NCBI GenBank assembly: GCA_964612415.1
Contig: CAZTCT010000004.1
Coordinates: forward strand, 1-52,733
Length of the DNA: 52,733 nt
From: an uncultured Candidatus Saccharibacteria bacterium
Lineage (GTDB): Bacteria; Patescibacteriota; Minisyncoccia; Phycocordibacterales; CAYRGE01
Direction: 5' to 3'
The first letter of the stretch is position 1. Each line of letters starts with the position of its first letter. Shown here one piece after another: positions 7,823 to 16,045 of this stretch. Below the pieces are notes generated by a model. That model had not been told where the DNA came from. It made no database searches and saw nothing but the letters and a program-made list of their open reading frames with translations. The position numbers and the translations under genes are program-made.

Positions 7823-8926
7823 CTATGGACGGGCGAGTTCATAGTTGCTGTATACAGGGTCACCAGTCACTTCTTTGAGTTGCCACTCGGGAGGGAACTC
7901 AACTGGCTCATCCATGCTTCCGAGCTCTACCTCAAGAAGCACAAGTCCCTCACGGGCAGGGCGCCCACTCTTGAAGACATCAAGCTCAAATTGGTGTCCT
8001 GCATGAGAGAATAAATACCGGTGCTTTGTAAGTGTTGTCCTGGAAGAGTCTCGTTCGGAAAGCAATCGCAAGTATTCTTTCTCCGGGATAATCGATTCAT
8101 ACTCGATGCGCTCGCCTCTATGCTTTGTGGGGAGCTTCTCGGTGTACGTATAAATGATTGACCCGAGACACTCTCGTGCTCGGACACGGCGTTCTTTTCC
8201 ATCAGCGCGATGAAGGTATGTCTGTGCGATTGCTGCGACGATGGCATCTTCTGGTATGAGCAGTGGAGAGAAATTAAGGACTTTGAATTTTCTTTCAATT
8301 TCTTTGGGCTCTGGCATATCCAATACCCTCGCGAGTGCGCACTTTGCGCGATGAATTTTTGCGCCAATCGACGACGTGCTGTTGTCAATGATGAAGCGAT
8401 GAGGATGTGCCGCCCATGCGGCTAATGTTGCGGTATCTTTTTGGCGGGCCTCCTCTGGACTTTCCGTGCGGGCGGGGTTGTTCTCGCATGTGTAGAATTC
8501 CTCAGCGCCGTTTGCAGCAGTGACAAGATGTATGGCCATCTTATAGCGTAAAAGCATGTCCATAGGAGTGTAGAGCTGCTTACCTATGGTTTCCAGATAA
8601 TGTTCTGGCGTCATGTATGCTTGGCAATCGGGTACGCCACGGTCACATAGAATCACCACCTTTTTCCCTCTACTCGCGAGTTCCGAAGCCATCTTTAGGT
8701 ACGCTCCTTCGCGAGTTAATTGGTAGAGGACCAAATGGCTTTCAAACGCGTAAAGACCAAGCGCCGGAGGGCCTGCGTTTGCCGTGATGAGTTCTGTTGA
8801 AGATTCGGACAGAACCATGACATGGAAATTGTGTGTTTGAAGCTGTTCGTATGCCTGTGAAAGGAATGTAGATTTTCCTGAACAAGGGCCGCCGGTAATG
8901 GCGATGAATATTGGTTCGTTGCGCAC
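7823..8926 (-). CDS. P-loop NTPase/kinase (AAA_28/NadR-like) fused to a C-terminal CYTH (triphosphate tunnel metalloenzyme) domain
   Basis: GTG start preceded by AAGGAGG. Walker A is ITGGPCSGKST. The C-terminal half opens with the CYTH ExExK signature (KEIERKFKV) and has a later acidic strand, LLEVEL. Confidence 0.75.
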   Translation of the reverse strand: MRNEPIFIAITGGPCSGKSTFLSQAYEQLQTHNFHVMVLSESSTELITANAGPPALGLYAFESHLVLYQLTREGAYLKMASELASRGKKVVILCDRGVPDCQAYMTPEHYLETIGKQLYTPMDMLLRYKMAIHLVTAANGAEEFYTCENNPARTESPEEARQKDTATLAAWAAHPHRFIIDNSTSSIGAKIHRAKCALARVLDMPEPKEIERKFKVLNFSPLLIPEDAIVAAIAQTYLHRADGKERRVRARECLGSIIYTYTEKLPTKHRGERIEYESIIPEKEYLRLLSERDSSRTTLTKHRYLFSHAGHQFELDVFKSGRPAREGLVLLEVELGSMDEPVEFPPEWQLKEVTGDPVYSNYELARP

Positions 8927-8992
8927 ACGCGCCTCCTTTTTGTTTGTGAAATAACCAGACCTCTCCTAGGGTAACAAGTTTTTGAGCGACGC

Positions 8993-9151
8993 TCAATGTG
9001 TAATCTTGTATGCCACCCAAATGCCCGCAAAGGCGCCAATTGCACTAAAAAATACTCCCGAAAATGAGAAGAGCCCTGCTCCCCAGAGTGCAGGTACCAT
9101 GCCACCTATACTTGAACCAACCACAATGCCGATCCAGGCAGATGTTTTCAT
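8993..9151 (-). CDS. Small (52 aa) Gly-rich two-TM membrane protein
   Basis: Not in the ORF track. Translation: MKTSAWIGIVVGSSIGGMVPALWGAGLFSFSGVFFSAIGAFAGIWVAYKITH. A promoter-like TAGACA-16-TATAAT ends 6 nt before the ATG, which would make the mRNA leaderless. Confidence 0.45.
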   Translation of the reverse strand: MKTSAWIGIVVGSSIGGMVPALWGAGLFSFSGVFFSAIGAFAGIWVAYKITH

Positions 9152-9157
9152 GAGTTA

Positions 9158-9185
9158 ATTATAAAACGGTCAATTTTTGTGTCTA
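9158..9185 (-). promoter_or_regulatory. Sigma70-like promoter (TAGACA-16 nt-TATAAT) placing the TSS at or near the ATG of the 52-aa gene
   Basis: Read on the minus strand: TAGACA caaaaattgaccgttt TATAAT taactc ATG. Confidence 0.4.
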
Positions 9186-9275
9186 TTTTGGTTATGCACC
9201 ACCCTCCTTGACAATAGGGTGGTGAAGTGGGAATAATATCCCCCATAACGCCCACGGGGCGTTTATTATATTTTT

Positions 9276-11396
9276 ATGCTTTCACTTACCGCGGTACTGA
9301 CACTCTTTTTATTGCTTGCGATTTCCAGTGCGACATACTTTCTTGCGGGGCGTATCAAGGTTCCCTATACAGTCCTCCTTGTAGCGGTTGGCACATTCAT
9401 TCTTGTGCCACTCTCCAAGACTCATGGATTCTCATTTTTGAATGATTTTCATTTCACGCCAGAGCTCCTCTTTTATATCTTTTTGCCAATATTACTCTTT
9501 GAGTCGGCATACAACATGAATATCAGACATGTGATGGAGAACATTCGCTCCATCACATTGCTTGCGGTGGTGAGTCTTTTTATATCAGCGACACTCATTG
9601 GCGTAGGTCTCTATTACATTTTCCCGCTCATTGGGATTGAAGTACCGCTTATTGTCACGCTTATCTTTGGGGCGCTCATTTCCGCAACAGACCCAGTGGC
9701 AGTGCTCGCGCTCTTTAAAGACTTTGGCGCTCCACGCCGGCTCTCACTTATATTTGAAGGAGAAAGTATTTTTAACGACGGTACAGCGGTTACACTCTTT
9801 CTTATTGTGCTCGGTGTTGCGCTTGAAGGGTATCATGGGGCTGAGTCAGTTGGCGCCGGGCTGGGGATGTTTGCATTTATGGTTGTGGGGGGTATTTTTG
9901 CCGGGCTTTTTGCAGGAGGTATTTTCGCAAAGGCCATTGGGTATGCTCAAAAGAGCGAATTCGTACAAATCACGCTGACCGTTGTGCTCGCGCACCTCAC
10001 TTTTATTATTACTGACTATATTTCAGAAAATCTTGTCATTTTCGGATTTCACATCCATCTCTCTGCGATCATCGCAACCACCATTGCTTCAATGGTTTTC
10101 GGCAATTATGGGAGGGCCAAAATTTCACCAAAGGCAGAAGAGTTCGTGGAAAAGTTTTGGGGACAATTTGCCTTCTTTGCCAACTCACTCATTTTCATTC
10201 TTATCGGTCTCATCTTTGCCACACTGCCATTTGATGTGATTGATTTCACATTCCCAGTCGTTATCGCCATCTTGGTCGTCGCGGCGGCACGCGCTCTCTC
10301 TGTTTATCCTGTCATCGGGATTTTGAATAAAACAAAGAGTGAGTCGCATATTCCTCGTACCTGGACACACCTGCTTGCGTGGGGGAGTCTCCGCGGAGCG
10401 CTTGCAGTGACGATGGTCCTCCTGATACCAGATACACTCACTGTGCCGGGGTGGATATACTCGTTCTCTCCAAAAGAGTTCATTCTTGCGCTTACTATCG
10501 GGTGTATTTTTGCAACGCTTTTTATCAAGGCGACGACCATCAACTGGCTAATGCAAAAGCTCAAGATCGGAGATTTCACAGAACGGGAAAAACTGAGTTA
10601 TGAGGAGGCACGGGCACTTATCTACGCGCACGCACTTGTGCGTTTGGAAGATTTTGTACAGAAAGGGTATGTTGACAGCGCGGTGGCAGAGAAAGTCCTA
10701 GGAGAGTGGAAAAGAAAAGCAAGACAGTTTAAAGAGGCCTCAAAAAAGATCATCGGAGAATCACAAGGAGATGTGTCCGAACAAGTCTTGCGACTGTATG
10801 CAATTGGTATTGAAATCCATCACCTGCGTGAGTTGTATTCATATCATGAGGTTACGGAGAAAGTGTATAAGCGCATTCTTGGAAAGCTTACTATTCAACA
10901 AGAGCAAACAGAGTGCAATGTATTCAACCCAGATACGTCCGTCTATATAGACCGCAAAGATGTTTTTGAGCAGCTTGCAAATGTGGTGAGAAGGATTGCC
11001 ATGCCTAGCCATCTCAAGCAGGGCCCTGAAGAGAAATATATGTATTATCGAGCGCAATTGATCATCTCTCGCAAAGTAGTAAAGGAGCTCTGCTTTTTAG
11101 AAAAGTCACAGATGCATACAATCTTTGGAGAGACTGCGTTTTCTCACACAAAGGCTACTTACGAGAGCTTTCGTGATGGATCAAAGCGCAAGATGGATGA
11201 AGTTTCCAAGCAGCATCCCCAATTAATCCGTGCTCTCTCAGAGAAGCTTGCCTGTCGTGGTATGCAAAAAGTGGAAGAAGCGGTGCTGCAGGATCTTTTG
11301 AGAAAAGGGATGCTTACCCCCAAGACTCACATTGCCATTAGAGATGAGCTTGATAGGGAAGCGGAAGAAAGAGGTCCTACTGTGGGAGAAAAATAA
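9276..11396 (+). CDS. Na+/H+ (cation/proton) antiporter, CPA1/NhaP-type, with a long cytoplasmic C-terminal domain
   Basis: 706-aa ORF. It has about 12 TM segments, with motifs such as FLPILLFESAYNM and SATDPVAV. A soluble, charged tail of about 270 aa follows. Confidence 0.85.
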   Translation: MLSLTAVLTLFLLLAISSATYFLAGRIKVPYTVLLVAVGTFILVPLSKTHGFSFLNDFHFTPELLFYIFLPILLFESAYNMNIRHVMENIRSITLLAVVSLFISATLIGVGLYYIFPLIGIEVPLIVTLIFGALISATDPVAVLALFKDFGAPRRLSLIFEGESIFNDGTAVTLFLIVLGVALEGYHGAESVGAGLGMFAFMVVGGIFAGLFAGGIFAKAIGYAQKSEFVQITLTVVLAHLTFIITDYISENLVIFGFHIHLSAIIATTIASMVFGNYGRAKISPKAEEFVEKFWGQFAFFANSLIFILIGLIFATLPFDVIDFTFPVVIAILVVAAARALSVYPVIGILNKTKSESHIPRTWTHLLAWGSLRGALAVTMVLLIPDTLTVPGWIYSFSPKEFILALTIGCIFATLFIKATTINWLMQKLKIGDFTEREKLSYEEARALIYAHALVRLEDFVQKGYVDSAVAEKVLGEWKRKARQFKEASKKIIGESQGDVSEQVLRLYAIGIEIHHLRELYSYHEVTEKVYKRILGKLTIQQEQTECNVFNPDTSVYIDRKDVFEQLANVVRRIAMPSHLKQGPEEKYMYYRAQLIISRKVVKELCFLEKSQMHTIFGETAFSHTKATYESFRDGSKRKMDEVSKQHPQLIRALSEKLACRGMQKVEEAVLQDLLRKGMLTPKTHIAIRDELDREAEERGPTVGEK

Positions 11397-11397
11397 A

Positions 11398-11421
11398 AAC
11401 CCGAGAGCGAGGCTCTCGGGC
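11398..11421. terminator. Bidirectional terminator hairpin
   Basis: CCCGAGAGC-GAG-GCTCTCGGG between convergent genes. Confidence 0.65.
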
Positions 11422-11425
11422 GAGG

Positions 11426-11938
11426 TCAAGGAAGGAGTTGAGATATGACGGCGAAGTCGTTGAGGAGTTCCTCGTAAGTTTTCGGGCGATGGATGATATT
11501 ACGATAGTAGTAATAACCTTCATCGAGCAGAATGGGTGGGTACTGACAACCAAATGTGTGGCGTATCGTACCAATTTGGCATCTGTGCGGGTTAGTAGAA
11601 TCTCCAGAGATTTCAACAAGTGCCGCAAGGGCATTCTTGCCAGTAACAATACCAACCTCGCATGGACCTGCGGTCATGTATTCTATGGTCCTCTGCCAGA
11701 TTGTTTTCGTCATCAGTGGAGAGTTCAAATATAGAGTTTCAAGTACGGGGATAGGGAGGCGCTCAACAGGAGCAACTCTCTCAACTACAAGCCCCGCGCT
11801 GTGGATCATGCATCGTATTGTCACTCGAGAGTCGAAACCCTCAGGCTTTATAACGTATACAGATCGATTTTCGTTCACGGGGCACCTCGTAGGGCAATGA
11901 TCTACCTTGATTACATACGAAAGCAGAAGGGAAGTCAA
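11426..11938 (-). CDS. Divergent nucleoside-diphosphate-kinase-like protein
   Basis: NDK-like landmarks: VYVIKPEGF, GPCEVGIVTGKNALAAL, GDSTNP..GTIRHTFG, and N-I-I-H in place of the catalytic N-x-x-H. It is otherwise atypical. Confidence 0.55.
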   Translation of the reverse strand: MTSLLLSYVIKVDHCPTRCPVNENRSVYVIKPEGFDSRVTIRCMIHSAGLVVERVAPVERLPIPVLETLYLNSPLMTKTIWQRTIEYMTAGPCEVGIVTGKNALAALVEISGDSTNPHRCQIGTIRHTFGCQYPPILLDEGYYYYRNIIHRPKTYEELLNDFAVISQLLP

Positions 11939-11993
11939 TAATATAAAAAGCCGCCCGTTATGGTTGGGCGGCCAGGAATTTGGGGTGTGGCGC

Positions 11994-12146
11994 TTAATCA
12001 GTTTCAGGGGCTTCTGGCTGTGCGGCTATTTCTTTTGTACGGGTGTGTGATATTTCACTTTCGTCAGGCTCCTCATCTTCATCGGGGAGCGGGCAATTTG
12101 GGATATGCGTATCATCGATTCCAAAAACATTTTTTGGTACAGGCAT
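11994..12146 (-). CDS. Small (50 aa) acidic hypothetical protein
   Basis: Not in the ORF track. An AAGGAG SD lies 7 nt upstream of the ATG. Translation: MPVPKNVFGIDDTHIPNCPLPDEDEEPDESEISHTRTKEIAAQPEAPETD. A terminator-like hairpin follows at 11946-11973. Confidence 0.35.
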   Translation of the reverse strand: MPVPKNVFGIDDTHIPNCPLPDEDEEPDESEISHTRTKEIAAQPEAPETD

Positions 12147-12269
12147 AAGAGCAGCTCCTTATCTTCACAGTCTGTTACGTAACATCCTTTCTCATAGTAA
12201 CTCCATTATCAGAAAAATAAAACCCCGCGACATGGTGTCGCGGGGTGGGTGAAAGGAGGTACATTGTTG

Positions 12270-12593
12270 TTATTCGTTGCGGGCCAGCTTGCGTAGCTCG
12301 GCTTCGTCGAGCGTGATGCCGGCTTTGGCGGCATATATCCTCGCGAAGAGGATATGGTCGATGTTGTATCCCAGGGCTGCGCGTGCGGCGGCGAGATGCT
12401 CTTTGGCCTGCTGCGCATACTCGGCCGTTTTGCTCGCGTCGTCGCTCCGTAGCTCATGCAGATCGCGCGAGACAGGGATGGACTCGACGGATATTGTGCC
12501 CACCTCGTCGGCCGCGAGGGCTTTGAGGGAGGGGACGCCGAAGGCAAAAATGGTAAAAACGATTGCCGAAAGCAAGGGGATCAATTTTTTCAT
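12270..12593 (-). CDS. Small secreted hypothetical protein
   Basis: Signal peptide MKKLIPLLSAIVFTIFAFGVPSLKALAADE. The terminator hairpin CCCCGCGAC-ATGGT-GTCGCGGGG lies downstream at 12218-12245. I moved the start to the internal MKK. Confidence 0.6.
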   Translation of the reverse strand: MKKLIPLLSAIVFTIFAFGVPSLKALAADEVGTISVESIPVSRDLHELRSDDASKTAEYAQQAKEHLAAARAALGYNIDHILFARIYAAKAGITLDEAELRKLARNE

Positions 12594-12716
12594 TGTAAGC
12601 ACTCCTTTTTGCTGTTGAAAGATCAAGTATTGCTATTTTTAATAATAGCATATTTTAGTATAAAAGTCAAGCTCTTTCACAACAAAGAAAACCGCCTCAA
12701 GTAGGCACTGAAGCGG

Positions 12717-13349
12717 CTATATTTTTTCAAAAAGATCGGTTTGTCGGCGTGGCTCAAAAAACTTTTTGAATTTTTTGAGCGCATGCTTTTTTATTCTAGA
12801 GATTTCCTTTCCTGAAAGACCAAGATCTCTCCAGCTCTTTCCGATCATCTGTCCAACCATAAATGGCTGCTCTTTTTCCTGATAGTACAAAAGGAGACAG
12901 TATGTGAGGAACTCTTCTTTCCCTGAAACCCAGACACCCATCATTCCTAACGCTTCGTGACGCGGAGACTCAATACAAATATTTTCCCCAACATATTGCT
13001 GGGCTCTTGTTTGAAGAGATTTGCGTAACTTTGTCTTAATCGCAATGATTTCTTTTCTACTTACCCCCAGCTCCTTCCATGTGGTGCCTTGTCCCTGGCG
13101 GATTTTATAGAAATCACTCTTTTTCCTGAGTGCCTCTGTCTCTATTGGGTAGTACAGCATTTCAACACATGCGTATTTGTTGCGAGCAAATTTAATCCAG
13201 ACGTCAAAAAAAGTTGCTATGGTGCGACGGGGTTTTTCAAAGTATGCAATTTCCCGGACGGGACGAGCGAGGGGCTTGTGCGTTTGTGGTGTTAAGACAT
13301 TCACCCGAAGTTCCACAAAGCCGAGTTGCTCCATAGGGAATTCCTCCAT
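12717..13349 (-). CDS. Hypothetical protein with two tandem sigma70-region-4-like HTH modules
   Basis: There is an internal duplication: GTTWKELGVSRKEIIAIKTKLRKSL and GKSWRDLGLSGKEISRIKKHALKKF (W-x-x-L-G-x-S-x-K-E-I-x-x-I-K). Confidence 0.55.
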   Translation of the reverse strand: MEEFPMEQLGFVELRVNVLTPQTHKPLARPVREIAYFEKPRRTIATFFDVWIKFARNKYACVEMLYYPIETEALRKKSDFYKIRQGQGTTWKELGVSRKEIIAIKTKLRKSLQTRAQQYVGENICIESPRHEALGMMGVWVSGKEEFLTYCLLLYYQEKEQPFMVGQMIGKSWRDLGLSGKEISRIKKHALKKFKKFFEPRRQTDLFEKI

Positions 13350-13446
13350 GTATATTGTCTAACTCAACTATTCCACTTTTTATATGGATGTCAATTCGTA
13401 CGTGTGCTCTTAAGGTGTGGACGGTATCAGAAGGATATGTGTTACC

Positions 13447-14646
13447 ATGACTACAATGGCAGAGGGCAATGTAGAACACGCATATACAAAAAGCTTAGAT
13501 CTACTAAAAAATCTCGCACACGAAAAAGGCTTCTTCGCATCGCGTGAGGATACTGCAAACTATAAACGTGTATGGTCTCGTGATGGCATAATCGCTGGTC
13601 TCGCCGGCCTCTCCTCAGGTGATGAAAAATTGATTGGCATTCATCGTGCTACCTGCGATACTCTACGTGACCATCAAGATAGGACGGGAAGAATCCCCAG
13701 CAACGTCTCTTTGGATGGAAGCCAAGTCAGCTATGGTAAAACTGTGGGGCGCATAGATGCGACGCTATGGTATGTCATTGGGGTTTGTCAGTATACTCTC
13801 CGGCATAATGATCAGCTATTTTTTAATGCTCATCGACAGGCGGTTGAGAAAGCACTTTTTTATCTTGAGTGCCTAGAATTAAACGGCCGTGGGCTTCTCT
13901 ATATTCCACAAGGAGGGGACTGGGCTGATGAGTATATCAACCATGCATATGTGCTTTTTGACGAAGTGCTTTACTACCGGGCGCTTCGTGATGCGGCGCG
14001 CACGCTTGGACGAGATGATTTGCATAAAAAAGCTGATCATCTACGGCGCCTCATTGTGGTGAACTATTTCCCTGCAAAAGAGCATATTGATGACCCCGAT
14101 ATCTACCATCCGCAACTCTTTAAAAGAGTAGTTGAGACGTATCGCCCACCATTGCCGCTTGCGTATTTCACTACGCACAGCACGCTCGATCATATTGATA
14201 CATTTGCGAATGCACTTCTCTTGTTCTCAGACATAATTGATCAAGAGCGCAAGGAGGCCATTGGGCACACAATGCTTGCGCAGTGTCTGAATAATGATTT
14301 TCAGATATTACCAGCGTTTTATCCGGTGATCACAGAGACGGATCACAATTGGGTACACCTGCAGAACAACTTTATCTATGAGTTCCGTAACGTGCCGTAC
14401 GAGTACCACAACGGGGGGCTTTGGCCTCTTGTGCATGGGTTTTTTATAGCTGCGCTTCAGGATGGAGACATGCATGGGCGGCTGGGAACCTTTGCGGATA
14501 TTTTGGCAAGAGACGGCTATGTTTTCCCGGAGTACTACAGCGGGAAAACATTTGAAGCGAAGGGCACGAGGGAGCTTGGATTTTCTGCTTCAGCATATGT
14601 GATTGCGCATAATGCGATCATACATAATGACCCGATCTTTGTATGA
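13447..14646 (+). CDS. (alpha/alpha)6-barrel glycoside hydrolase resembling neutral/alkaline invertase (GH100) or the GDE_C family
   Basis: Motifs GFFASREDTANYKRVWSRDGIIAGLAGL, GRIPSNVS and DATLWYVIG. About 400 aa. An alternative GTG start exists at 13417. The family-level assignment is uncertain. Confidence 0.6.
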   Translation: MTTMAEGNVEHAYTKSLDLLKNLAHEKGFFASREDTANYKRVWSRDGIIAGLAGLSSGDEKLIGIHRATCDTLRDHQDRTGRIPSNVSLDGSQVSYGKTVGRIDATLWYVIGVCQYTLRHNDQLFFNAHRQAVEKALFYLECLELNGRGLLYIPQGGDWADEYINHAYVLFDEVLYYRALRDAARTLGRDDLHKKADHLRRLIVVNYFPAKEHIDDPDIYHPQLFKRVVETYRPPLPLAYFTTHSTLDHIDTFANALLLFSDIIDQERKEAIGHTMLAQCLNNDFQILPAFYPVITETDHNWVHLQNNFIYEFRNVPYEYHNGGLWPLVHGFFIAALQDGDMHGRLGTFADILARDGYVFPEYYSGKTFEAKGTRELGFSASAYVIAHNAIIHNDPIFV

Positions 14647-15470
14647 TACGACTGATAGCAAGCGATTTGGATAGGACTCTTATACCTAATGGGTACGAGC
14701 CTGATGATGGAGGGCTTCCAATTTTTGCGAAGCTTGTAGAGGAGCGCAACTTTGTCCTTGCGTATGCTTCGGGGCGCAATTGGCAACTTTTTGAGGAGAC
14801 GCTCAAAGAGTATCCGCTTCCAGTGCCTGACTATTTCTTTGGCGATGTGGGAACGGTGCTTTACAAAAAGGATGGAGAGGGAATGACAGAAGATGCAGAA
14901 TGGACTTTGTATATAAAGGAGAATACGCCTCGTTGGAATTGGGAGAACCTACAAAAGCTTACAGAGCATGCGAAGGTACGTTTGCAAGAGGATTGGCGGC
15001 AGAATCCATACAAGCTTAGCTATTATGTGGATGAACTTGAGGCAGGGAAGGATGTTACGCAGGAACTAAGGAAGCGCTTAGAAGATGCTGATATTCATGC
15101 AGATGTTATATACAGCGTTGACCCGCTCAAGAATGTTGGACTTCTCGATGTGCTCCCTGCAGTTGCTACGAAAGTGACGGCGGTTGAATTTTTACGCAAA
15201 AGACTTGGGGCGCAAAAAGATGAGGTGGTTTATTGCGGAGACAGTGGCAATGATCTTTTGCCGCTCACTTATGGGTACAAGTCTGTGCTTGTAGGCAACG
15301 CCTCGGATGATATCAAAGACGAGGTAGAATCACGCCATGCGCAGAATGGCACAACAGAAAATCTCTATATTGCTTCAGGGAGAGGCTCTCTCAATGGGAA
15401 TTTTGCATCAGGGGTTCTTGAAGGGCTTGTTCACTTTGGAGTTTTCTCTGAAGATGCTCTCAAAAAATAA
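14643..15470 (+). CDS. HAD-IIB phosphatase, sucrose-6F-phosphate phosphohydrolase (S6PP)-like
   Basis: DLDRTL (DxD nucleophile motif), ASGRN, DVLPAVATK and CGDSGNDL. The start overlaps the upstream stop (ATGA). Confidence 0.75.
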   Translation: MIRLIASDLDRTLIPNGYEPDDGGLPIFAKLVEERNFVLAYASGRNWQLFEETLKEYPLPVPDYFFGDVGTVLYKKDGEGMTEDAEWTLYIKENTPRWNWENLQKLTEHAKVRLQEDWRQNPYKLSYYVDELEAGKDVTQELRKRLEDADIHADVIYSVDPLKNVGLLDVLPAVATKVTAVEFLRKRLGAQKDEVVYCGDSGNDLLPLTYGYKSVLVGNASDDIKDEVESRHAQNGTTENLYIASGRGSLNGNFASGVLEGLVHFGVFSEDALKK

Positions 15471-15977
15471 TTAGGGCACATATATCTCCGCAATATGTGT
15501 GACGATATTATCCTTTACAGTAATCTCGTAAGGGAGATTGTGCCAATGTAGCGCAGGGTCGTTGATAAGATCAGCGAATTCACTCAAAGAGAGATCCTGC
15601 TCCATGACCTGTCCTGTCTCCTCCATTTTCCATGTTTGCATGGTAACGCTCGCATCAAGGGAGACGCTGACACGCTCATCTTTTGGTGTTGTATTTTCAA
15701 TAAAGTATCCGTTCGGAGTACATTCATCACGAGTTTCTTCAGTGCAGAGATTTGCCCTTATTGCGGCATCTTCTGCCTCCGTACCTGTAAGCCAGACTGC
15801 ATCATCGAAATCCATGCTGGTGCCATTGTCTGTAAGCGCATGTATAAACCCAAGATATTTCCCAGTCGGAAAGTCTGCCAATGGCCCTTGCTCTGTGTGA
15901 TAAATGTATGAGTTAAATACAAAAAATCCTCCAATAAAAACAACAAAGACTCCTAATGTCCACCACATTTTTTTCAT
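15471..15977 (-). CDS. Membrane-anchored hypothetical protein
   Basis: MKKMWWTLGVFVVFIGGFFVF anchor followed by an acidic soluble domain of about 140 aa. I moved the start to the internal MKKM. Confidence 0.55.
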   Translation of the reverse strand: MKKMWWTLGVFVVFIGGFFVFNSYIYHTEQGPLADFPTGKYLGFIHALTDNGTSMDFDDAVWLTGTEAEDAAIRANLCTEETRDECTPNGYFIENTTPKDERVSVSLDASVTMQTWKMEETGQVMEQDLSLSEFADLINDPALHWHNLPYEITVKDNIVTHIAEIYVP

Positions 15978-16045
15978 GCGCGCATTGTAACACATAAGAA
16001 TAAGAAATATTTTTCAATATAGGGTATATTAGTAATAAGAATTCT

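Noticed and set aside
8716-9105. 129-aa and 92-aa minus-strand ORFs overlapping the 5' end of the P-loop-CYTH gene and the intergenic region
   Set aside because: They are out of frame with the Walker-A-containing gene that has an AAGGAGG-GTG start. The 52-aa Gly-rich membrane ORF with a promoter explains the region better.
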